In this document: positions 1-9,452 of the stretch, piece after piece
Layout of the letters: the number at the start of each line of letters is the position of its first letter
Numbering within the stretch: position 1 is the stretch's first letter
From: an uncultured Bacteroidales bacterium
GTDB taxonomy: Bacteria; Bacteroidota; Bacteroidia; Bacteroidales; VadinHA17
Assembly (NCBI GenBank): GCA_963719235.1
Contig: CAVRBS010000014.1
Location: forward strand, 64,688 to 128,687
Length of the DNA stretch: 64,000 nt
Reading direction: 5' to 3'
Position numbers and translations under genes: made by a program
Notes under the pieces: generated by a model
Told to the model about the DNA's origin: nothing
The model's database searches: none
What the model saw: only the letters and a program-made list of their open reading frames with translations

Positions 1-2
1 TG

Positions 3-356
3 GGAGGTGAGGTATATCCTGAAGGTTTATACAATATTCTCAAGAAATTCAGTCAATACAAGGGGATTAGAAACCTAATCGTAACAGAGAATGGTACCTG
101 CGTTCCTGACAAGCTTGAAGATGGACGGGTTCATGATAAGGAGAGAACAGAATATTATAAAAATCACCTCGCCGCTGTATTAAAGGCAAAGAAGGAAGGC
201 GTAAACGTAACCGGCTATTTTGCATGGTCGCCGACAGATAACTTCGAGTGGGACAAAGGCTTCAAGCCGCGTTTCGGACTTGTCTACGTTGATTTCAAGA
301 CACTGGAGCGGTATATCAAAGACTCCGGTCTCTGGTTCAGGGAGTTTCTTAAATAA
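3..356 (+). CDS. Glycoside hydrolase family 1 beta-glucosidase, C-terminal fragment (5' end outside window)
   Basis: Frame 3 is open from the window edge to TAA 354-356. It is absent from the ORF track because it has no start in the window. The translation ...IRNLIVTENGTCVPD...GYFAWSPTDNFEWDKGFKPRFGLVYVDF... carries the GH1 nucleophile motif (I/V)TENG and the GH1 C-terminal signature. Confidence 0.85.
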   Translation, partial: GGEVYPEGLYNILKKFSQYKGIRNLIVTENGTCVPDKLEDGRVHDKERTEYYKNHLAAVLKAKKEGVNVTGYFAWSPTDNFEWDKGFKPRFGLVYVDFKTLERYIKDSGLWFREFLK

Positions 357-404
357 GGTTAGGCGCGCGTCAGACGCTTGTTCCTCGTCAGGCGTTTTTC
401 CGTT

Positions 405-1993
405 CTATTTAACCCACTCCACCCGTGCTGACGGGTAGAAACTGATTCCCATGGCCGTCATCCGTTGGCCGTGATTTGCCAGGCGGACTTTATAATCATC
501 CCAGCTGCGCAGTTCCTTTGGTGTCCATCCTATCTCGGCATAACCAGGCAGGCGTGGAAAGAGAAGGTATTCAGCTTCAGCGCGGACAGCAATTGTTTCA
601 GCCCAGAGAGGAGCCTCTATCCCTAAGATGTTTTCCTTTTTTATTCCGGGAGCGAGACTGGCAGGATCCCAGTTGTAAGCCTCGTCGACCTCTATGTATG
701 CAGCCCAGTGTAATCCGTAGATGCTGGTCGAATCGTACTGCATGTCGATATAGGCATACTTTGACGGTGACATCAGCACTTTCGCACCCTGGGCAATGCC
801 TTTGAGGGCATTTGCCTCTTTGGCCCAGTACTGAACAGCGCTGTTGGGCTTCAGGGTTGCCAGGGCGATCTCGTCCCAGCCCAGCACCTGCTTGCCGTAA
901 GCGGCAACCGTATCCTGCACCCTGTTGACGAAAGGTATATAATCTTCCAGTTTGGTCGAATGTGATTCGTCACCACCGATGTGAAACCAGGGCCCGGGTG
1001 TAAGGGCGGACAGCTCACGGACGACATCACCGATGAATTTGTACGTAACTTCCTTGTGTGTTGCCAGCGAGCTGAAACCGACATCGGTGCCTGTGTACAG
1101 CTCCGTAGCCTTACCGCTGGCGTTTAATTCCGGGTATGATGCCAGGGCGGCATTGGTATGGCCCGGCATGTCGATCTCGGGGATAACGGTGATGAATCGC
1201 TCCTGAGCATATTTCACGATCTCGGAATACTGCTCCTGGGTATAGAATCCGCCTTCGCCCCCTCCTACTTCGCTCTTGCCGCCATGGGCAGTCAGGTTGG
1301 GCCACGATTTTATTTCGATCCTCCAGCCCTGGTCGTCGGACAGGTGGAGGTGAAGCACGTTCATCTTATAGGTTGCCAGCTGGTCGATAAAGATCTTAAT
1401 ATCATCCACCCCGAAGAAATGGCGTGCGACGTCGCGCATGGCTCCGCGATAGCCGTATGCCGGATAATCGCGGATCGTGCCTGTAGCAATCTCCCAGGGG
1501 CCTTCCTGTAGTGTGGCCATCTCAATCTTAGCGGGCAGAAGCTGCCTGAGGGTCTGAACACCGTAAAACAATCCTGCCGGCTTACTGGCAGTCAGCCTGA
1601 CCGATTTTTCATCGATAACCAGTTCGTAGCCTTCGTCGTCCAGTGCCGGATCATTTTCTGTCAGTGCAAGAAGAATTTTCCCCGGACAAGGTCTTTTTTC
1701 GTTGTTTTTACTTCAAGGCCAAACCCGGTGGAGGGATTCAGCCTGTCGGCCAGGTATTGTCCGATCTGCAGCAGTTCGGACGATTCCCCCTGAACATATA
1801 TGTCAGAACGGTCTGTAAGGGTGAATGAACCTCCTGCCGGTGTTATTGATACTGGTTTCGGAATGATATACGCTTTTGAAAGATCAGTGGGTGTTGATGC
1901 TTTCGGAAGGTCAGCGGGTGTTGAAGAGCAGGCAACAGTAGCTAACATTGTTGCTGAAGTCATGATGGCCACGATAGAGTTTAGTGTTTTCAA
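405..1993 (-). CDS. GH20 beta-N-acetylhexosaminidase lipoprotein, frame broken by a 1-nt indel at 1676-1683
   Basis: ORF 1661..1993 (signal peptide with lipobox ...LATVAC, GH20 N-domain) and ORF 405..1571 (HLHLSDDQGWR, GGDE region) are consecutive parts of one enzyme. The 405 frame stays open to at least 1700 and reads GKILLALTENDPALDDEGYELVIDEKSVRLTASKPAGLFYGVQTL. The two frames meet at the T4C4 run. Confidence 0.85.
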
Positions 1994-2133
1994 CGGCGGG
2001 TTATTTAATGTTTATAAGATTCAGTTCTCAGTTTCAGCCGGAAATCCGGTGGGATAAAGTTACTGAATTCAGTGAAGAATGCACAATGAGGCATTAGGCA
2101 GTAGGCAATAGGCAATAGTGATGGCGATGTTTT

Positions 2134-3183
2134 TTACAATGCGGTCAGAATATATTTTGATACGATTTCTAAAATGGGATATTCCTGCTCATTATCCCAG
2201 CTTATGTCAGGATTCGCAGTGGTCACGACAATCAGATCCAGCTCCGGGAAATTCATAATGTACTGCCCTCCCATCCCCCAGGCCATGAAGAGACTGTAGC
2301 CGTTCATCTTACCAAGCCACCACAGATAGCCATAGTTATAATCCGTCAGCACACCCCAGGTACCGTCTTTTGCAGCGGTCTTCTGCAGCGAAATATCTAC
2401 CCACCCGGCAGGCACTATCTGCCGGTTGTCTATCATCCCGTCATTTAGGTACATATATCCCAGCACTGCCATGTCATAAGGCTTCATGTAAATATCATAT
2501 CCGCCCACATTATATCCCTGGGGGTCGTGATCCCACTCAATTATCTCTATCCCCATCGGACCCGTGAGATTCTTCACCGCAAACTCCAGCGTGCTCATGC
2601 CGCTGACTTTAGTGATGATGGCCGAGAGGAGATGTGTCTGAAGGGAGTTATAGGAAAACTTCTGTCCGGGATCATACAGCAACGGAAGGTTAAATGTACC
2701 TTCGAGCCAGTCGCCAGAGGAGACAACAGGTATCAGGGTATTCTGCTCATTGTCTATCCCCATCCGCATCGTCAGCAGGTGCCTGACAGTTACATCAAAG
2801 AACCGCGGATCCATTCCATCATAAACATACTCGGGGAAGTAATCCATCACCTTCTTATCGGTACTCTCAATGAGGCCCTGGTGCAGTGCTATTCCCACCA
2901 GGGCAGACATGAAGCTCTTTGTATCTGACCAGATCTGATGAGCAGTATTTCGATCATACCCGTTATAATATCTTTCAGCAACCAGGTACCCGTTCTTAAT
3001 TATGAGGAGGGCATCAACGAAACCTGTCTGATCAGCTTCCAGATAAGCTTTATCTATCATACCCTGGTTTAGGCCCTGAGCTGCAGGCGTGGACACAGGC
3101 CACTGAAAACCAGACCTGTCTGATTCCGGTTGTTTATTACATCCCAGTAAGAGCAGGAAGGAGACCAATATCAGATCTTTCAT
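2134..3183 (-). CDS. Serine hydrolase of the beta-lactamase/transpeptidase-like family, lipoprotein
   Basis: ORF 2134..3270. The internal ATG at 3181-3183 gives the lipoprotein signal MKDLILVSFLLLLGC. It has an SxxK motif (SDTK) and an overall class-C-like profile. Confidence 0.75.
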   Translation of the reverse strand: MKDLILVSFLLLLGCNKQPESDRSGFQWPVSTPAAQGLNQGMIDKAYLEADQTGFVDALLIIKNGYLVAERYYNGYDRNTAHQIWSDTKSFMSALVGIALHQGLIESTDKKVMDYFPEYVYDGMDPRFFDVTVRHLLTMRMGIDNEQNTLIPVVSSGDWLEGTFNLPLLYDPGQKFSYNSLQTHLLSAIITKVSGMSTLEFAVKNLTGPMGIEIIEWDHDPQGYNVGGYDIYMKPYDMAVLGYMYLNDGMIDNRQIVPAGWVDISLQKTAAKDGTWGVLTDYNYGYLWWLGKMNGYSLFMAWGMGGQYIMNFPELDLIVVTTANPDISWDNEQEYPILEIVSKYILTAL

Positions 3184-3415
3184 CTTTCCCATAATAAGGA
3201 ATAATGAATATTTATTCCCACGGGATCGTTCCAGGTATTGACACAATAACTCCATAAGGAAACCCCGCAATAATAAGACCGTTTATCATGATGTGCACCC
3301 TATGTTACTTTTTCACCTCAATGCTATAACCAATATAGTGCAAATTGAACAAACGAACATTTGAAATCAGAGCGAACTGCATGCTTGCAGGACCTCAGAC
3401 CAGCCATCAAGAACC

Positions 3416-4696
3416 TTATTTATAGCCACAAATAGGCCAGATTTTCACTTCTGACCTCCTGATTGGCTCGCTTCTGAGCCCAAGCTTCACCGGAACCTCG
3501 AAAAGACGCTGCGACAACCGCATGGAATCCTTCCGTATGCAAGGCTGGAGTTTCGTAGCCAGTATTCTTACAGAGGGGAAAGGAATATCGGGTTGAGTTA
3601 AATCAACAACAATAACTTCGGAATCGATTTCCTTCAAACATGACAATAAAATCTCAATATTTTCTTTGATGTCAGATGTTGCGATATTTTTAAGGGCATC
3701 AAAATGAATTTCATCCATGAGATTGGATAAATAATACTGAGTTGCTCCGGACTTGAGCCATTTCTTATGATTGACAGAGGGTGGAAGCAGTTGTATTGCC
3801 TCAGTCAAGGCACGCTCAAGGGCAAGAGCAGGATCGGGATAACAACCAAATGCAACAGAACAGTTTGACGGATTCTTTTTGCAATGCAGGAAAACAGCTA
3901 TAAACGGGACTGGAATATCGGTTGTTCCAGATAGAATATAAACCTCAAAACCTTCGGCTGCCAGACGATCAATTGTTGGTTTACAATCTTTGGGAATGCT
4001 ATCAGGAATGACTCTTTTAAATGGCATCCGATTATATTCGCTAATAGTAACCTGGTCACGCTCAATAACTTCAAGAAGACCGTGAAGGATTGCTTCTTCC
4101 ATATTATTCCCTGAGGCAAGCCCGTTTGAATCAGATATCCCGATGTATTTCTCAATGCTGGATGCCATATAAGGACAAAAGACAAGATTTGCCGGAACCA
4201 AAACCGGTCTTTTTTGTGAAAAGGAATAGCCCCAGATCCAGTCAATTTTTTTTGCCCGATGAAAGTTGAAACTTTCGGCAAGACTGAAACGTTGCGGGTC
4301 TATTGCAAAATCACTGACCTCATCGAAAGATGATTCCACAATCTCATCATCATGGCTCATCCGGGCGTTATACCGCTCGAAGAATTCGAAACAGGCACTG
4401 GCTATGCTTTGATTAGTGCTGAGCCCTTTCCCGAAGTAATACTGATCTTGTGATTGATCGAAGGGTGAATGATATGTCAGGATTGCCTTGTTGGTTTTTC
4501 TGTATTTATTTTTAACGAAAGCAAACTGAACCTCGATTGGGCTTCTAAGAAAGAATTGTTCGATGTTGTTAATGGTTTCTGCAAGCGGAACAGACCGCTG
4601 ACCATTTTCTGCATAACACACAGTCCGGTTCTTCAATCGAATTTTACATTTTTTCCCCCGCCTGGCTATTGAAGTAGTCTGGTCTGTTTTCAGCAT
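3416..4696 (-). CDS. YcaO-domain protein (ATP-dependent amide-activating enzyme family)
   Basis: 426-aa ORF with the YcaO hallmarks GKG...SACFEFFERY and SNGLASGNNMEEAILHGLLEVIERD. No partner-domain genes lie nearby. Confidence 0.8.
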   Translation of the reverse strand: MLKTDQTTSIARRGKKCKIRLKNRTVCYAENGQRSVPLAETINNIEQFFLRSPIEVQFAFVKNKYRKTNKAILTYHSPFDQSQDQYYFGKGLSTNQSIASACFEFFERYNARMSHDDEIVESSFDEVSDFAIDPQRFSLAESFNFHRAKKIDWIWGYSFSQKRPVLVPANLVFCPYMASSIEKYIGISDSNGLASGNNMEEAILHGLLEVIERDQVTISEYNRMPFKRVIPDSIPKDCKPTIDRLAAEGFEVYILSGTTDIPVPFIAVFLHCKKNPSNCSVAFGCYPDPALALERALTEAIQLLPPSVNHKKWLKSGATQYYLSNLMDEIHFDALKNIATSDIKENIEILLSCLKEIDSEVIVVDLTQPDIPFPSVRILATKLQPCIRKDSMRLSQRLFEVPVKLGLRSEPIRRSEVKIWPICGYK

Positions 4697-4742
4697 ATTA
4701 AATAAAATGCGAACAACAATTTCCTTAAATTTAATTCAGGAG

Positions 4743-5303
4743 TTATCTGAGCTTTATATTAGAGCCAGCTGTAGCCGCTGTCGCAACAGTTGTCATTTTA
4801 ACGACAGGCCGGCTGACAACTCCTTCAAAAGTGTCAATGGCACCTTCCTTTAAGGTAATAATAAATGCCTCTGTCTCTGCCATTTGTGTATTGAATTTAT
4901 CTGTTTCTCCGGTAACGACTTTAACATAAATTCTGGAATTGGCTACGTTTTTCAGATCCACGACAACGGAACCCGATCCTTTGGTGTTGATGATCCCTTT
5001 TGAATTCGGGAATGCACCGTAATTCTCTCTTTCGTCACTTGCGGCTACAGCCACGAAATAATGCCTTCCCGGCTTTCCATTAATCGTAACAGTCAATGTC
5101 GAACCCGAACCACTGATGACAGCTTTTTCCTGAATATCCCGCGTCTTATTTTGCTGTACCTGTGACAACTCAGATGCGGAATTCGCTTCATTTTCAGGAG
5201 AAATTTTTAAGCTCACAAAAAAATATGGTACTGCTCCCAGGAAAATTCCTGTTTTTCCGATAAGTCCAAGAGCTTCCCTCCGTGTTTTTATTTCTTTTTT
5301 CAT
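4743..5303 (-). CDS. Hypothetical exported protein with twin-arginine-like signal
   Basis: 186-aa ORF 46 nt upstream of YcaO on the same strand. The N-terminus is MKKEIKTRREALGLIGKTGIFLGAV (RR motif plus a hydrophobic stretch). The C-terminus is T/A/G/S-rich (KMTTVATAATAGSNIKLR). Confidence 0.6.
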   Translation of the reverse strand: MKKEIKTRREALGLIGKTGIFLGAVPYFFVSLKISPENEANSASELSQVQQNKTRDIQEKAVISGSGSTLTVTINGKPGRHYFVAVAASDERENYGAFPNSKGIINTKGSGSVVVDLKNVANSRIYVKVVTGETDKFNTQMAETEAFIITLKEGAIDTFEGVVSRPVVKMTTVATAATAGSNIKLR

Positions 5304-5673
5304 TTTCTGATCTCCCAGATATTTTGTTTCTAACCTGTGATATAAAATTATATATACTTTCTTCCTGACTGGTTTATTGAAGAATTACATCCCGAAATAA
5401 TTTTCTTATCAAATTTAAAACAATTACAAGCCATAATCAATTTTAAAATATCCTTTTATAGAAGGCCATTAATTACAAATAAAAAATGGGAATTATTTTT
5501 ACAGTGCTTCGTGTGTAATATGGAAGTTATTAGCATCAAAGTTTAGATACGAAAGTATTAAATACTTTTAGAAGCAGACAGCATTGAAGGTGCAGGGTTC
5601 GCGGAATATAGCCCGGGTAAACATTTCACCTGCTGGTTTGTTTAAGTTAAAGATAACAAAACCGTGCCTGGAG

Positions 5674-6279
5674 ATGAAAACAGTTAATGCAACTATTATT
5701 ACAGTTCTGGCTTTGTTAATAATACAATCTTTCAATACAATGGCTTTCGCAAAAACAGAAAAACAAAAATACACTGTTGTTCATAAGGAGAAGGAATTCG
5801 AGATCAGGTTCTATCCTTCCGCTGTCCTTGCAACAGTATATACTGATGCCAGATCATATAAAGAGCTGGCCAACCCGGGTTTCAGGAAGCTTGCCGGATA
5901 TATTTTCGGCGGCAATGAATCGGACACTAAAATATCAATGACATCACCCGTGCACATGGATATTAACAGCCCGTCATCTTCCATGAGCTTTGTTATGCCA
6001 TCGTCATACAATGAGGAAAACCTTCCGAAACCAGACGATCCTGGTGTAATTATCGAAAGAACCGAGGATGTACATGTCGCCGTAATAACTTTCGGCGGGT
6101 ATGCCTCAGATAATGACATAAAGAAATACTCGGAAAAATTAAGAACCCTGCTCGACGAAAAAGGGATCACCCGGTACGGAAATTTCAGGTATCTGGGATA
6201 CAATCCTCCTTTCCAGCCTTTTGGCAGAAAAAATGAAATAATAGTATCTGTTCAATGGCCTGAAAACAGTTCTAAATGA
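5674..6279 (+). CDS. SOUL heme-binding family protein (secreted)
   Basis: ORF 5584..6279. ATG 5674 gives the signal peptide MKTVNATIITVLALLIIQSFNTMAFA. The SOUL/HBP profile is present: YTVVHKEKEFEIRFYP, GFRKLAGYIFGGN, ITFGGYASD, YNPPFQPFGRKNEI. Confidence 0.8.
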   Translation: MKTVNATIITVLALLIIQSFNTMAFAKTEKQKYTVVHKEKEFEIRFYPSAVLATVYTDARSYKELANPGFRKLAGYIFGGNESDTKISMTSPVHMDINSPSSSMSFVMPSSYNEENLPKPDDPGVIIERTEDVHVAVITFGGYASDNDIKKYSEKLRTLLDEKGITRYGNFRYLGYNPPFQPFGRKNEIIVSVQWPENSSK

Positions 6280-6284
6280 TTACG

Positions 6285-6926
6285 TCAGGAAGTCCGGCTT
6301 TTTATGACCCTGACAGATACAACCGCCAGGATAACTAAGCTGACAAGGATCCAAACAGCCAGTATCAGAATTGCCAGCAGGGCAAAACTGAAGTCGATAT
6401 CAAACTGGAACTGTTGCTGTTGGAATTTCCAAACCCCGTCCTCCTTCACCATTATGCCTGTCAGGCGCAACGGTATGACCAGGAGCTTTGACAGGTCAAA
6501 TTCCACGTAGCCTCTTGTTGAAAACCATGCAATGTCTCCCGCGGATGAAATATTTGCACTGTCGGGATTGAACTTGCAATCGCCCCAGGATTCCCAGTCA
6601 CTTCGCACCAGAGAGGTTGCTCTTTCATAACCGCTGAAAATTTCATTGGGGTTTGTTCCAAGGATCAGTAAATTTTCCCTGGAATAAAGTGATTCCATAA
6701 ACGCGTCTACCTGGCTGGTATCACGTTTGGAGTAGCCGTCCTGAAATTTATTTAACTGGCCAATGATCTCATTCCTTGTGCTGTCGGGAGCATTTCCTGC
6801 GGAATATACAGATGTAGCCGGAGATAAGATTTTTTGCTCATCAGCTCTTCTGAATATCCGGGTAACAAGAAAAAGAATTACCAGCAGTAATATTATTCTC
6901 AGTAAGATCTTAACTATCTCTTTCAT
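6285..6926 (-). CDS. Membrane-anchored NTF2/SnoaL-like (DUF4440-like) protein
   Basis: 213-aa ORF with N- and C-terminal hydrophobic helices. The central segment NKFQDGYSKRDTSQVDAFM...DIAWFSTRGYVEF is typical of SnoaL/NTF2-like folds. The family call is tentative. Confidence 0.5.
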   Translation of the reverse strand: MKEIVKILLRIILLLVILFLVTRIFRRADEQKILSPATSVYSAGNAPDSTRNEIIGQLNKFQDGYSKRDTSQVDAFMESLYSRENLLILGTNPNEIFSGYERATSLVRSDWESWGDCKFNPDSANISSAGDIAWFSTRGYVEFDLSKLLVIPLRLTGIMVKEDGVWKFQQQQFQFDIDFSFALLAILILAVWILVSLVILAVVSVRVIKSRTS

Positions 6927-7656
6927 GTTTTCAGTTTAAAAGGAAATTGGCATGCTGAACGCAAGATTGCCGTAAATGCCGCTATACGGATTTCTTCCAG
7001 TATACAGGCCTGATTTTTCAGTCTTTTTTAGTGAAAGCCCGTTGTGACAACCTGGCTATAACCACTCCTATCGAGGCGCCCAGGGCCAGAATAAGCCAGA
7101 ATCCGGCATGAGCTGGTTTACATTCAATTCTTGGTGTAGAAAACCAGGTACAGGCTGAGTGTAATTACCAGTGGCATCAGTGCGGAAATGATTTCATTTC
7201 TCTTTTTCATGTTACAGAGTTTTCTTCATTGTTTAAAAGTCTAATATATAAGAAATTAGCGGATAGACTCTTCCTATATTAATAATATTTTTATAAAAGC
7301 CTTGTAATTAATACGATACAAGAGGAATTACTGCATATTTCTGGCCGTGTCGTGGCTCAGACAGTAACGCTCCAAATGCCCTTCCCTCCTGCTGACCTCA
7401 GTCGCGTTCCCTTATCCGGAAAAATCTCAGGCCAATCCTTTAAGAATGGGTAATTGGTGGAAGCAAATAGGAAAACTTGCTTCATCCGGAAATTATCTTA
7501 GGCCAGTCCTTTAGATTTGAGAACGAAAATTGCTACCTCAAAAAATTTGCCGTATGAAAGTTTGCTCAATCCTAGCCTCCTTAGCGTCAACTGCGTTAAA
7601 GCTTCGAGAATGAAGCGGGCACTAGTGTAACTTTAAGGACTTTAAAGACTTACGAC

Positions 7657-9441
7657 TTAATCGACCTGCAGCGGAGCGATGTATTGCAGCCTGGTACCCC
7701 CTGAAGTAAAGCCTTCAATGATGACCGTATATTCCATGGCCTCATCGGAAGTGCAGAACTCAACGGCGGCAGCACCGTCGGCTGATGTGGCCACATCCGG
7801 GTTCCAGTAAAGAGTGTTGCGGAAATCCGGAATCCTGCTTAACCTCGCAGAGTCATTGCTGTAGTCAGGTGAATAAAAAATCTCATCCTTAAGACAGCCC
7901 TCATATACCTGCCTGAAAACAGAACTGCTTGACTCAATGGCACTTAACGACCCTTCTTTGGAGACAAAGCTTATGATTCCCTCAAAAATATAATCGGAAT
8001 AAAAATATCTGGTATTGATGATCTCTATCCTCTCCAGCTCCTTTGCGCTGACTTTCATCAACTCCTCAATATCATATACCGGAACCCCGTCAAAAAGCAC
8101 CAGTGCCGGATTATTAAAAATCTGGTACGGGTTGCTGCTGACAACCTTCAGGGCAGCCTTCTTATCCTTTGTGAATAATGTCACTTCGGGAAGGATCTCT
8201 TTCACCACCTCACGGATGTTTGACAGCTCAATATAATCTGACATATCAACAGTATGGTCGGAGCCGCCAAAAAAGTCACGGGTTTCAAAAGCAACAGGAG
8301 CAGCGCTTTTATCCCTGACCTGTTCGTAATTATTATTGACCTGCATGGCTATCACGGCATTGTTCAGCTTCGCGGCGAGGCTGCTGTCGGGCATAAAGAC
8401 TGGCGGACTAAATCCGTAATAAGTATTGCAGAATGGCTGATGCAGCTCGACATAGCTTCCTGAAATATCAGGGATAAGAGGCTGAATGACAATTTCCGCC
8501 AGTCCATCCTGGTCCTTGACCACAAAAATAAACTCCCCTTTTGCATTTGTCCTGGTGAACTGGCATCGTGCAGTCTTACCGACAAAGGACAGAGAGATAT
8601 CCGTCTCCCTCAACGGCTGGTTGGTAATCCTGTTAAAGATAACGCCCCTGATCAGCTCTCCCTCCAGTTCAGGCAGATGAGACCCTGATCCTAAAGGATC
8701 ACTTAACGAGCCATCATTGGCCTGTCCGGTAAAAAGATATTTCCGGTCAGTACCTGCAAGGTAAGACTTCATAACAGATACGGACAGATCAGCTTCGACA
8801 GGCCTTCCGTCAGTTCCGGCGACAGAAATATCTATTTTTACCCTGTCTCTCATCCCGTACTTCTTCCGGTCTGTATTGGCTGTTATCTTAACCTGGTCTT
8901 CAGTCGCTTCTTTGCAGGTTAATTCATTGCTTTCAACATAAGAAAGACCATTGCCGTTTACCTGCCCCGGGATTTGTGTTACAAGGTCATTGAGATCCTT
9001 AAACGGGTTGATCACCGTGATTGTCGTGTAAGAGAAGTAATTTTCCGGGAAATTCTCCATCCAGCTTGTATACGCCCTTAACAGGTAGTTACCCGAGCTA
9101 AGTGTATCTGAAAGCCTGAACACCGCTGATCCCGAAGTCCCTTCAACCCTGATCCTGGCCTGCCTGACGGGGTTATTGCCGGCGTTAAGCATTTCAAGAT
9201 AGACGATCTTGCTGAAACCGACCGGCAGGCACGAAAGCTCATCCATTTCATACACCTTTACCCGGACCTGCTCACCCGTGATGTAAATCTCCCTGTCGGT
9301 GATGATAAAAAGCTTTTCCCGGTAGTTATCGGACGTATCAACAGTTTTGCCTGCGCTTTGCCCCCACGCTGTCATGCCCATAACAGGAGCGACGACTAAA
9401 AGAGGGAGCAGAAGCAGCAGGGATTTTCTATTGATTCTCAT
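7657..9441 (-). CDS. Secreted hypothetical protein with MG2-like repeats and a plug-like C-terminal segment
   Basis: 594-aa ORF with a signal peptide (MRINRKSLLLLLPLLVVAPVMG). TDREIYITGEQVRVKV and TDRKKYGMRDRVKIDI resemble alpha-2-macroglobulin MG2 strands. LFDGVPVYDIEELMKVSAKELERIEI resembles a TonB-receptor plug. Confidence 0.55.
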   Translation of the reverse strand: MRINRKSLLLLLPLLVVAPVMGMTAWGQSAGKTVDTSDNYREKLFIITDREIYITGEQVRVKVYEMDELSCLPVGFSKIVYLEMLNAGNNPVRQARIRVEGTSGSAVFRLSDTLSSGNYLLRAYTSWMENFPENYFSYTTITVINPFKDLNDLVTQIPGQVNGNGLSYVESNELTCKEATEDQVKITANTDRKKYGMRDRVKIDISVAGTDGRPVEADLSVSVMKSYLAGTDRKYLFTGQANDGSLSDPLGSGSHLPELEGELIRGVIFNRITNQPLRETDISLSFVGKTARCQFTRTNAKGEFIFVVKDQDGLAEIVIQPLIPDISGSYVELHQPFCNTYYGFSPPVFMPDSSLAAKLNNAVIAMQVNNNYEQVRDKSAAPVAFETRDFFGGSDHTVDMSDYIELSNIREVVKEILPEVTLFTKDKKAALKVVSSNPYQIFNNPALVLFDGVPVYDIEELMKVSAKELERIEIINTRYFYSDYIFEGIISFVSKEGSLSAIESSSSVFRQVYEGCLKDEIFYSPDYSNDSARLSRIPDFRNTLYWNPDVATSADGAAAVEFCTSDEAMEYTVIIEGFTSGGTRLQYIAPLQVD

Positions 9442-9452
9442 GACATTCCGAC

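Noticed and set aside
476-1561. Several ORF-track entries inside or antisense to the GH20 gene (476..805, 851..1084, 1111..1305, 1158..1511, 1361..1561), and similar nested ORFs within most large genes
   Set aside because: They are shadow ORFs in alternative frames or strands of genes with strong family signatures. Their translations are low-complexity or Arg/Ser/Pro-rich, with no motifs.
3324-3407. 27-codon ORF right after the YcaO stop as a RiPP precursor
   Set aside because: It is downstream rather than upstream, has no recognisable leader/core organisation, and overlaps a weak hairpin. It is kept only as a note inside the YcaO finding.
7335-7420. tRNA-like string (gtcgtggctcagac) in the 7.3-7.65 kb spacer
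   Set aside because: There is no T-loop (GTTCGAATC-type) and no acceptor-stem complementarity, so it is not a tRNA.
7424-7518. Two ~35-nt imperfect direct repeats (atccggaaa..atct.aggcca.tccttta) 60 nt apart
   Set aside because: They are real by eye but short and roughly 80 percent identical. I could attach no function or wider family to them, apart from a ggccagtcct fragment near 21880.
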